A stretch of 64,000 nucleotides of DNA from Amoebophrya sp. A120. Taxonomy: Eukaryota > Protista > Dinoflagellata. The DNA is taken from contig CAJINV010000004.1 of assembly GCA_905178155.1 (NCBI GenBank), positions 9,158,300 through 9,222,299 of the forward strand, given 5' to 3'. The notes beneath the pieces were generated by a model, which ran no database searches, had not been told where the DNA came from, and saw only the letters and a list, made by a program, of their open reading frames with translations. Of this stretch, positions 1 to 11,400 are shown piece by piece (positions within the stretch are counted from its first letter, which is position 1; every line of letters begins with the position of its first letter). Both the position numbers and the translations under genes were made by a program.

Positions 1-1
1 T

Positions 2-3000
2 TCCTACCTCCACCGCAATGACCCGTCGCAGTTTGAGGAGAGCATGAGCAGTGCTGCATCTAGTAGTAGAGTTGCGTTTAACAGTTCTCATGGGGAACAA
101 GAAGTACAAATAGACAGAGACACCAGAGAACGCGAGCTGTTACAGTTGCAAGCGTTGCACGGAAACCGTGTTTTTTCTGCGTCCGTTGAACAGCAGCAGC
201 TACGGGCAAGAAATAGTAACGATGAAAAGAAAGAGAATATTAAAGACGGCAGCAATCCGAATCCGCAGATGAACAACATTCGCCCGGGGGACCGTATCGA
301 GGCGTTTACCATGCCGGATGGAAAAAGGTACCGGTTCGACAGTGGCGAGTACGCGCACCGACAGATTCTCGAGCGGATTCGACCGTTGGAGGTGGAGTTT
401 GTGGAGGAGTTTGGGGACCAGTTTTCGTTTTTGCAAAGTGTGCAGAAATTCGTTTCTTCCGGTTCCTCAAAACAGAAATTCGTTGCGTCCTCCAACGGCA
501 GTTGTCGTGGTTTCTTTCACGTCGCGCCCATCTGGAACCCGTTTGCGGCGCCGAAACCAGCAGGAGGAGTTGTAGATGACCTCGTAAGAACTACCGGCAG
601 CGAAGCAAAGGAACATCTTCAAAACGACCAAGACGGGTCGGCGTTCATCTCTGTTGAGACCCAAATCAGCAAACTCCGCTCCGAATTCAATATCCGCTTG
701 ACGCAGCGGGTTTTGATGACCCTCGCGAACGCCGGCGAGTGGGAGATTTTTCTCAGACTCGCGGACCAAATATCGGATAGCGACTTCTTGGCTACCCGAG
801 TTCTGAATGGCGGTGTGGATTTGCGACGAAACACGGCGTTGGACTTGTTGCAGCGCAGATTGGTGGCTGTGGAGAAGAGTAGAGTGGGTCCCAACTCCGA
901 ATGCTTCGAGGTCTTGGACTTTGAGGAGATGGAAAACAAACAGGAAACCGGGAATGCTAGACCTAGTAAAGGCGAAATAATAGTAAACGGGAATGTTGAG
1001 ACGGAGACGGACGCTCCTGATGTGAGAGACACATCAGATAAACCGTCAACAGGTCCACGCAAGAACGACGAGAAGATTCTAGACGCAGCCCCCGTGATGC
1101 TAAACGACAACGATCAGGACTACTTCTCGAAAAACCGAGACCGTTCGTTTCAAATCACGATTCGGGAAGACGATCCGGCAACTACAAGCCGATCGGCCTC
1201 CTCTAACCTTCTGAAACCAATGCGCAAGCACGAGCAGATTTTTGACTTCAATCTCAGCGCTGCGAATCCGCGACTACGAAATTTTGTAAACTTTCCAGCA
1301 GTAAACCCTGACGGGAAGGAGCATGACAGGAATTACAACTCGGACAACGACGGAGAGGATGACCCCTTCATGGAAGACACGACGCTCGACGTTCCCAGCT
1401 CTTTTGCAACGATGAAGAAGATGAAGAAGTCCGTCAGGTTTTCCGTGGACACAAAATTCCGTACCTACGACGGCGAAAAGCAAAAATCCGATTGGCTGTT
1501 AGAAGACGCCTTTGCGGATTTGGAAGAATTGCAGAACACATTTCGGAAGATCGAGCCGACACTGAACAACAATAACCGGCGCACGGTAGTTGTTCGCGAT
1601 CCTGTAAAGAATGGAACGACGAACGATGAAGGGGTGAGTGTAGGTGCTGTTAGAGCGAACGAAATCGCAATGCAACCAGGTCGTGAAGAGGCCCTCCTCG
1701 CGACCACTGCGGGTAGAAGTAGACAGACACACGAAGAAGGCAGCAGCAAAGCTAGTGCCTCCAGCGTGGTACGACCAAGCGGAACAACGCTGGCCGCTGC
1801 TTCAGGCGTACAACTACCGCTGCATCGGTCGGAGCTATTGCGAAGGTTCTTCCCTCCAGCATTCTTACGTGTAGCTGGGCGGGGTAATGGAATAAATGGA
1901 AATGGTGGAAATCGCATTTTTCATCACACCGCGGAACAGCAGGCCAAGATGAATATGATCTTCTTCGAGCAACTTCTTTTCTCCATCCGCGTCGAACACA
2001 AAACGCAGAAGGATTTCGGCATCGTGTACTCGCTTGTGATATGCATTGCAAATATGTCTGGGTCTGGAAGATTGTCAGATTTGTCATGCAGGTTTTCTGT
2101 AACCCATGAGGTCTGGAATGTAGGACATATCATGACAGATTCTGCGAGACCGTTCGAATGCCTATCCTGCATGAGAAACTGCCTCTCGATTACGTCAAAA
2201 GTGCACAACTTTTGACACTCATGCAACACAGATTTTTGCATGATTCGGATTTAGGTTTAGCATGACAATTTGCAATCTTCCAGACACAGACATTTTTGCA
2301 ATCCATATGTGAACAAAAACTCCGCCGACCAATCTGGGAACAAGAACAGCAACTCCAGAATCCAAAGCAGTGTCTTCCCCCTGCTCCAAAAACACGGCCT
2401 GAATTTCGTCGTGTTTAAGAAATGCAGCTTCGGTCCGGGGAATTTGCTCACGGCAGCGATGCTCAGCGGTGGAAGTTGTACTACGAAGATGATGAATAAT
2501 TCGCCCTCCTGCCACTTTTTACCCGCTGGTGGACAAAGCTACAATTTTTATCCTTCTGCTTCATCTTCCATCCACACCGACGCGATTCTGAATTTCCTCC
2601 TCGACAGCCCGACATTTTTCCTGAACCGCTACGAACTGAGTCTCACGGAAAAGATCCGCGCGTATGGACTCTTGCTGGTCTCAGCCGCGTACAGCGGGGT
2701 TTCTGTCTCTGCTCTGGTTTGTCTGCTGGACAAGCTGTTGGCGATTTGTGCGGAACAAGGGTTAGTCTCTTTGGGCCGCAGGAGGACTGCGGTGGCGCTG
2801 CAGGTCGTGGTTGCAGAGGGTCTTCGACAAGATCGTGGTGTCCTTCTCGAGGACCAGGGCGTTGTCGTGGCATCAAGTAGCGATCAGCAATTGCAGCTGT
2901 CGCGGAACACGCACATCCTGCCGCGCCAGGGCACGCTCGAGCTCCCTCGGGATAACCACACTGCGAAGGCGCAATCCGGCTCTCATACATCAAGGCCGCC

Positions 3001-6000
3001 AGATGTTGGCGTAGAGGAGGGTCCCCAGCAGCAAGAAGAACCCCTTCATCTCAACGCGGAGAAAGCTCGCAGTCCCTTGGCGACAGCGGTGCAGAAAGTG
3101 CTGTTCGCGACGTACCACACCGCCAGGATCCGGGGCAACACTCACATTTGCAGGCAGTTGTTGCAGCAATTCGCGCGAATCCCGATGCTGGCGAAGGATG
3201 TGTACAGGAGACCGCATTTGCTGCACGTCAAGAGACCGGAAAGGAGTAGAGCGAGCGCTGCTGGTGCGTCATCCTCGAGCTGGAAATTCGGATTTGACTT
3301 CGAAGGAGAAGGCTCTTATGCTGATCAACATCTGGACGTGGGCAGCCAAGGTGGAGCAATGGGAGGAACCTCCACAGCTGCTGGTATTAACAGAACAAAG
3401 AGTAGTTCTATTCTTGGCGGTAACCCCAGCACGACGACGCTCCGGTCTCACGGGATCACTTCTGGCGATCGACTCACACGGCTGATGGTGCTGCGAAATA
3501 AAGACGAAAATTTAACGGCAGGGAACAATCGAAGAACTGCTGCGTACAGTGAAGCAAAATCATTCTTCCCCAAGACAGGAACGGATCCCACATCAAATCC
3601 CAAGAATACAACTGTTGACACCGGCCACGTGAAATCCTTCACGGAAGCCGCTGACATGCTCGTGTTGCAGAAGTGCCCCAATCTGACGTTGGAATTCGAC
3701 ACCAGACCGGTCGAAAGTAGCGGTTTTGTTGACGCGGTTGTGGGAAACGACGTGGAGTGGGTCGTCGGCTTGCTGTGGAACTGTTTTGCGGTGGACATGA
3801 TGACTACTACACCTTCATGTGCGTCAGAAGAATCTACTACTTCACGTGTCGTCGACAATCCCTCTCAACTGAGCCTCTTCCAATCCCTCTACCTCCCGAG
3901 CTGGTCGAGTTTGGAAACGGATCTGCAGTCGGAGACCCGGAAAATCAGAGTGAAGCAGGAAATCAGCACCACGGAATTGAACATTTGGATGATCGCGCTG
4001 CGGCACTACGATTTGAATCAATTTTCGAATGAAACAATTTTCAGCGAGTTTTGGGACGGGTACGATACGGAAATTGGGCTGCGGGAGATGGTAATGAGCC
4101 AGCACTTTCAGTGGATGAATGGTAGTAGAACTGCGCCCGAACTTCTGCATCAAACACGATCGCCATCTACACGAGCTTCGTGGAACCAGTTTCAGCACAA
4201 CAGCTTTATGAAGAGCAGCTTGGAGTACGCAATCTCGTGGAAAGAGACGACGAGCACGAGCAGGGGATTATCTGGTGCAACAGCAACTGCGGATCATGAC
4301 ACCAGCAACGGATCAACATCTTCATCGGGAAACAATTTTCATGATTTATCGTCCGACATAAAGAAAACGGCTGATGACAGCGACCTTGACTGGCTGTCAG
4401 AAGGAGAGTCGTCGACGGACGAAGAGGAGTCGTCTGCTACGTCGTCGAGTGCGTCCGGGTCGGAAGCAGAAGCGGAACACCCGGAAGATCAAAAAGTAGC
4501 GGAGCCAAAACAACACGAGGACAACGGGGGTTCTCTAGCAACTGCAGTAGAGTTGTCCGACAGAAGTGCGAGCGCAGCAACGTCGCAGCAGCCAAAGCAA
4601 CAGTCGAAGTCCGAGTCAAAGAACACGAAATTATTTGAGCGAAGAACTCCGCGGCGCATCTCATCTTCGAGTGAAACTTCCGGAACTCCGCCACTGATTT
4701 GCAAGCCAGTTGCCAACCGTGGCACTCCGACAATAAAAACACAGGAGGAAAATCATCAAAACAGCGTGACTCAAGCAGCTGAAAACAAGGCAAAAATTAA
4801 AATCGACCCTGTCCCCCATGCCGTGAAAACGCTCCTCCACACGGACATCTACCCACAGCTGGCGACTCAAGACCGACAGAACAAGCGAAAGCAGCTGTTG
4901 ACGATCCTGTTGGAACAGCTTTTGTTCGGCCCGGTGTGCTGTCTGTTGATGAAAAACAAACACGAAGAACGGGAAAAGGAAGAACAGGAGAAACAGGTTG
5001 AATTGGAGATCGAGAAGCGGTGCAAGGAGAAAGTTGCGGCGTTGACGAAAAAGCAGTGGCACGAGCCGCCACCGTTTGTGGACTGTGGGCGGTGCGGGTG
5101 GGGCATGCCCAGTGAGGAGCTGTTGGTGGCGTTGAAGGTCGAGCGGCCGATATGCAAGAAAAACACTGTGTAAAGTGTAAATTCGTGTTGCAGAAGATGC
5201 AACAGAGTTACACCTGTTATGCCAGACAGCCATGAAGTCCTCTTTTCATGTGTGTTTTCCCTTTACAAACCATGCATAACAGGTTTTCTCTGTCATGTAG
5301 AGCAAATTTGTGATGCTGTTCCTCAAAGAAAGTTACACGTACACACTCTTGTTCCTGCATAGCCGAAGGAGGAGGTGGAAGAGGTGGTCGAAGTGCCGTT
5401 CTGGGAGAGAAAGCAGCGAATCTGGAAATTCAAAAGACCGGGCAATGTAAGCTGCAACTTTTTGAATTCTTTTTTTTTCTTTCAAAATCTTCAGAAAAGC
5501 AATGTATATCTTGATCTTCGTATCTGAATCTTTCGATTAGTCGTGCTAAGCAACATGTGTTGTGGTCCGTGCATGATCTTTATTGCGACGTGGCTCGTCT
5601 TATTGTTTGCTTTTATTTCGAAAACGACCCAGGTTCCTTTCCTCCGTATTCCGGACCCGCCGCTGGAGCCCTACACACTGATTATCGCTCCGAAAATCCT
5701 CTCGGACTCGGAATCTTCCACGACCTCAGATGAGGATTCCTCCACGTCGGACGATGCGTCAAAGAAAAGCAAGTTTCTCGATCCGGCAAAAGTGACAAAA
5801 ACGGCGGATCGCTGGAACGCTGAAATGCAGAAGTTGAAAGAAAAAAGGCGCCGAAAACTACAGAAGTACCGGAACGACACCCGGTTTCAGTTGGTGGAGG
5901 TGCACGCAAATACCGCGGAGATTCTCTCGGCCGACCTGCAGAAGTGGATCGGGGTCGAGAAAATTGTCGTGCAAGATCCCAATGCTGGGTTATTCCTCGA

Positions 6001-7186
6001 AGAAGGTGATGAAGCTAGTATTCTTCACAACAGTAAGAAGAACTCCACTTCCAAAGCCGGCGGCGGGACCACAGACCAGCAGCAAAACACCATCTTGTTA
6101 AAGCCCATGAGCGTGGACGACTGCGTGTTCAGCGATAGTGACGAGGAGTTTCAAAAAGACGCCCTGGCGAAGCTCCTGCAGTCCGGCGCCAGGCGGGCGG
6201 AAGGGATGGTGTTGCCGAGAAACTTGAACGCGAACCAGAAACGGCGGTTTGAATTTGACCATGCTGTGGGTGGAGCCAGTGCCACAACGGATTTTGCGGT
6301 GGACAAGAAAGTGAATCCTGATGGACCACGAAACGACAGGAAGACCGCGACAACTTCCGGCACCGCACCCAGTACAACAACCACCGCCGGCGAGGATCAG
6401 GAAAAATCGCAAAAGAAGAGCGTCGGAGCAGGCGGAGCTGCAATTCCCGATGTTGTCCTTGAGAAACAGGCGAAGATCGCGGTCTCTGCAAATACCAAGT
6501 CGGTCCTATCCGAAGAGCTCCAGGCGAAACTTGGGCTGGTAGACGGGCCGGCGGTGGTGCAGGCAGCAGGGCTAGCGCTGCTGCCGGTCGAGGAGGACGA
6601 AAAAAGTACTAATGCAGATGGTGAAATGAAAAAATCATCTTCAAAAGCCGCAGACGACCTGGCTGCCGTCGCTGAGGAGCAGGGGAGTAAGCAAGCGGTG
6701 AAGAATCTGCTGCCTGCCGCAAAGTTGAAATCCAAGCTGGATCGGAGGAAAACGGCCGCCTTCGGAGACGCTCAAGAGCAAAAATCCACAGGTGATGTTC
6801 TTGCGCAGAAGAACACGATTAACGGAAGAAATAGTCAAAAATCCGTAAATAATTACACCGTCGGACAAAATAAGAGCAGAACAACCACATCAAGCACCTG
6901 TTCATCCTCCTCCCCCCACCAAAACCCGGACTGCCACGCGCTGTGGATCGAGACCCTAGCGCAGGTCGACCTCCAGTCGGGCAAGAATGTGTTGATGCTC
7001 GCGATCGAAAAGAACGTGCACGCGAACGTGGTGGAATTGTTGCTGAAAGCGTGCGCACTCAACCCGCAGGTGCTGCACGACGTGCTGCGACACCGGGATC
7101 ACCTGCACGAGACCTGCATTCAGAAGGCAAACCGGCTGGGACGGAAAGACGTGCTAATGCTGTTGAAAAGGCACTTTAAGGTTTGA
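2..7186 (+). CDS. Large (>2100 aa) low-complexity protein with C-terminal ankyrin-like repeats; 5' end probably upstream of the window
   Basis: Exons <2-2039, 2313-5150, 5367-5446, 5633-7186. Removing introners 2040-2312 (YSLV|NKNS) and 5151-5366 (VERP|KEEV) and GT-AG intron 5447-5632 (PGN|VPF) fuses ORFs 44, 2270 and 5543 in frame. The C-terminal GKNVLMLAIEKNVHANVVELLLKA...RDHLHETCIQKANRLGRKDVLMLL resembles ankyrin repeats. The frame is open back to position 2. Confidence 0.75.
2040..2307. mobile_element. Introner, family A (TIR core AAAAATGTCTGGGTCTGGAAG)
   Basis: TATGCATTGCAAATATGTCTGGGTCTGGAAG...CTTCCAGACACAGACATTTTTGCAATCCATA; DR TGTGA at 2035-2039 and 2308-2312; removal restores frame. 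Confidence 0.92.
5151..5361. mobile_element. Introner (singleton TIR type)
   Basis: TATGCAAGAAAAACACTGTGTAAAGTGTAA...TTACACGTACACACTCTTGTTCCTGCATA; DR GCCGA/GCCGA; removal restores frame. Confidence 0.88.
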
Positions 7187-8455
7187 TGGAATCTCAATCT
7201 GGTAGCGAATCTGCTTCTGCAAGTGTTTCAAAGATAGACATAAGAATTTGTTTCCCATCTTTTCATTTTCTGTATCTAATCGCTTTCCGTTTTCTGTATC
7301 TGATACACGCATTTCGTTTTGGTATGTCACACCAATGAATCGTAACTGATTCGTTGCTTCTAAATAATGTACACTAGTAATTCTAAATTAGCGCTACCTA
7401 GGAACATGAGAATAATGAAAATTGATATGCACATGTACTTCTTGTCGACTTCGACTTCCTGTAACTGTATGATTGTCCCCGATGAGAATTCAAACAAGCT
7501 TACCTAAGCAAATTTCTACGTAATATCATTCAATTCGACGACAGCAATCGATTTTTCTCCAAATCCAACTTAACACAAAGATAAAGAATACCACAACGAT
7601 ATGACGTACGATATTCCTAGAACCTTTTACCAGATAGATTAGGAGGAAGCTCAAGCTTGTTTCCCGCCGCGATGTTGCGAGGAGAGGAATGACTCGACCT
7701 TGTGCATTGACGATGAATGATGCACAGCATTGACTGAGATGTGGTTGTGGATGAAGATGATTCGTCCACGATAAACAAATGCGTACCGCCTTCATCGGTT
7801 TGTACCATCAAAAAAAAGATCTCGGTTCTTCTCCTTGGTAATGGTGGCTTCGGTCTGTAGTGGTAATGAAGAAGACGTATATTATGCTCGGTAATGTAAA
7901 TGTTGTACTTGTATCAGCATCTTCAACTCGGTTTTGCTTTCGTGCCGCTCCTCGAAACGAACGAGAGTGACACGTGGCGCGCAGAACTGGCTGCGCTGCT
8001 TTTCAGAGGTACTTAATATCGTCCCTGTATGTCGATGTCGTACAACAAGCGAAATTTCGTAAAGAGGGAAGAGCAACAACAAGAACCGCTCGTGTATTTC
8101 AATTTCTAGGTCTATTCGTTCAGAGAATTACTAGCCACATCGTCTCTCTTCTCGTCCTCGGATGCAAAATCGTCCTTTCGGGTCGTCTATTCGCTCTGAC
8201 TTTTCGTCGTCTGATTCTCGGCTGTAAAAATAACAATATCAACATCGACGTCGTGTTTGTCTTTGTACCATACAGGGCTTTCCCTTCGAGCTAAATCTCC
8301 GTGGTTACACCCAATTTTGTATTTTTTCCACTTCCCAAAAAAAAATGTGATAATTTCAATTTCATACAACTTTTCTCTACCATCTTCTATCTCAAAACGT
8401 ATTTTTTTATTACGCAGTTTGATTCATAGCACTTTGCTGTACAATCTGTGACAGA

Positions 8456-11400
8456 ATGGGTCGTCGACAGAACCAGTTTCTGCTCTTCGCAGCCGCGGCG
8501 ACGTCCCAACACGCCGTTGGCTACCAAGAGCTAAAGCGGGACAAAATTTCTACGCAAGAGGAGCATGAGCGCGAGGAGGAACACGATAAGACCAACGCGC
8601 ACGACAAAGTCGACAGCGCATCGGCGTCTGCGTCAGCGTCGAAATCTGCTTCCGCATCTTCATCATCAAGTTCCTCCTCTTCTTCCTCGTCCAAAAAAGC
8701 GCTGCAAGAGAACACCAACGCTGCCAGTACGAAGGAGCGGAAGCAGGCGAGCCAGAATGCAGCGGCAGCAGCGTCAGCATCTGCATCTGCCTCCTCATCT
8801 ACTTCCAAGTCTGCCACGGCGACAGGAGTAGAGAAAAAAACCGTAGCAGCTGCAAAAACGACTGCGCAGGACAAGTTGAAAAGCGAAAGCGCAGCCGCTT
8901 TGAAGAGCACCAGCACGGAAAAGTTTTCTCCGAAGGCACAACAGGAGATGCTGGAACATCCGGGAGCGAACGTCATCCGGGTAGGAATAATTTTTCCCTT
9001 TATTTCTTGTCGATATTGGTATTACTGATGCAGCAATTTGAATTTTGATTTTGAATTTGAACCATGATGCCATGCGAGAAAAGGGTTGGATTTGTACTAA
9101 GTCAACTCCTGTCCTTTCCTTGCGTCGGTCCGGCAGCTCTGAAACCTAGAATAGTACCACTTCGTGACTGCAAAAAATAAATTTACCAAATAATGATGAA
9201 CCAATGATACACAGGCCCCCGACCTTCTTTCGAGTGATCCCGACTCTTCCCCCGAGCAACTTCCCGCGGCGGTTACGACGCCGGAGGAGGCACTGGGCTT
9301 GGCGAGCGCGGCCAGAATGGTCTCGATCAAGGACACGGAACAGCTCCTGTCCGGCGACATGCCAGGTACAACTACAACCAGTGGAGCTGCGGCCAACGCT
9401 ACCAAGGTGAAAAACACGGGAAAGGGGAAAAATTCGAAATTTTTGTATGTTGCTAAAGCGGCTCCCTTCTGAAATCTAGTGGCACCGGGATGGCCGGACC
9501 CACCGGTCCGATGGCCCGGCGCGATCTCCTATCGGCGGCGCTTCTGTCTGCTGAGTTCCAGCAAAGCGTAACCACCCACCCTCCGCAAGATCGGCGCATT
9601 GTCGCCCATATTTGCGCGCCCCAATTTTTGCCTCCGCGTTCGTGCCGGAAGTCGGGCGCCCGCTTTTCTGTCAAACACGAACCCGCCCGAGGCAGCGGCG
9701 GCAAAAGGGCTGAGAGGCCCCAAAGACTTGGCCGTCCCGTTTTTTTTCTTTTCCGAATTGGCGCAAAAGGGCCCGGGGGATGGCGGGCCCTATTTGGGCC
9801 GGATCGAGGCCGCCCGCCTTCGGCTGCTGGCGATCGCGATGGGCGACCCCACAACACCGAAGCTCTGCGAGGGCCTTATGAGGGAACGCCCAGAACACGA
9901 CATAGCTTTGGGACCCAATTCCGGTATATTCAGACTGGGTTTTGCTTTTGCAATGTGAGACTGCTTCTGCTCTAGTACAAATTCACGGGAATGGACAGGC
10001 ATGGCCTGGGGCTTCGGGAAATGGCGCCGGCCCCCTGGCCCGGAGCCCGGCGCCGCCGGGGGCCCGGCAGTGATGTTAAAACGAAGCGCGAGCGTTTTCA
10101 AATTGTAGACAGGCCCGGGGGTAGGCCTTCTACGTAAAGTGCCTCTTGATATGTTGCGCGCGGTTTTTTGGCGTTTGCGATTCCGTCGCAAATCACCAAG
10201 GCCATGCGCATGCGTGTGGTTCTCACCTCTTTCAAAAATGAGGCATGGCAAAATTTTGAATTTTTCCCCTTTCCTGTGTTTTTCCCCTTGGTAAACGCGG
10301 TCCCCTCCTTGTCCGGCGACATGCCGGGTACAACTACAACCAGTGGAGCTGCGGCCAACGCTTATGTCTTCAACGGGCGTTAGCATACGGAAGGGTGAAT
10401 TTGCAGTGAATTTGTATTGCATGACTTGCATTTTTTACTAAAGAGAATTACGCTGCGTAAAGGGCTGGACACGAGCAGCCCAAGCAGCCCACGCAGCGTG
10501 AAGGGCTGCTCGTCGCTCGGTGGCACTTGCAGCACCGAAAGAAGCGGGCTTACGGGGCCCGCCGGGCCGTGTAGTGCATATGTAACTAAAGAAGGTGGAT
10601 CGTGGGGCTCTTGTTCATCGCGCGTTTACCTCAGAAGCTTCTCGCCGGAATGGTCGAAAGGGAGGGCGACGCCTGAACACAGGGGCACTAGTAGTCCAAC
10701 GGGTACGCTCTCGCGAGTTGTGGTTTGGAATTGGATAGCTGAGAGTAGCCTCGGGTGGAAGAGAAGGCACGACTCGGCCGCGGGCACTAGTTTGCTTCCC
10801 CTGTGGTGCTCGGCTTACAACTCCGGAGCGAGACATTTTCGAGGTGGCTTCCAGGTCAAGACTTCTCTTGGTGAATTTTAAGGCTTTTTGTTTTGGCGAC
10901 ACTTTTTTGAAGCCCCAAAACCCGGAGTTTCTCGCGCGTTAGCGAATTTTGAATAGGCACCTTGGGCCAAAATTCACCCACGGCTTTTTCAAAATTCACC
11001 CCAAAATTCACCGAGCGCCATCTTTCGACCGTGATAAGCAAAGTCTAGCGCAAAAAAGTGCGCCAAAAAACGCGCGGGTAGGCCCTGGGAAGTGGGGCCG
11101 AGGGGAAAAGACAAGCGCCCTCTGTTGCCCTCCGCCCGTCTATATTCTGCCGAAAAGGCCTGGGGAGTTCACGCGCCTGCCGGATAGACGCGCCAAAGCT
11201 CTCGGCCTGGTCCTTTTGCCCTTGCTTTCGCGCCTTCATCTTGCGTAAACTGTATGCGCTTCGCGGCTCTTGTTTTTGGCGTCTTTGCCACGGCTGCTGC
11301 AGTGCTTGCTCTTCTGCAAGCACAGGAAGACGCAAGGACATGGCCAAAGAACGACGCCCAGGCCATGTCCAGCCGTCCGCCGCATAACCTGCGAGTTCTG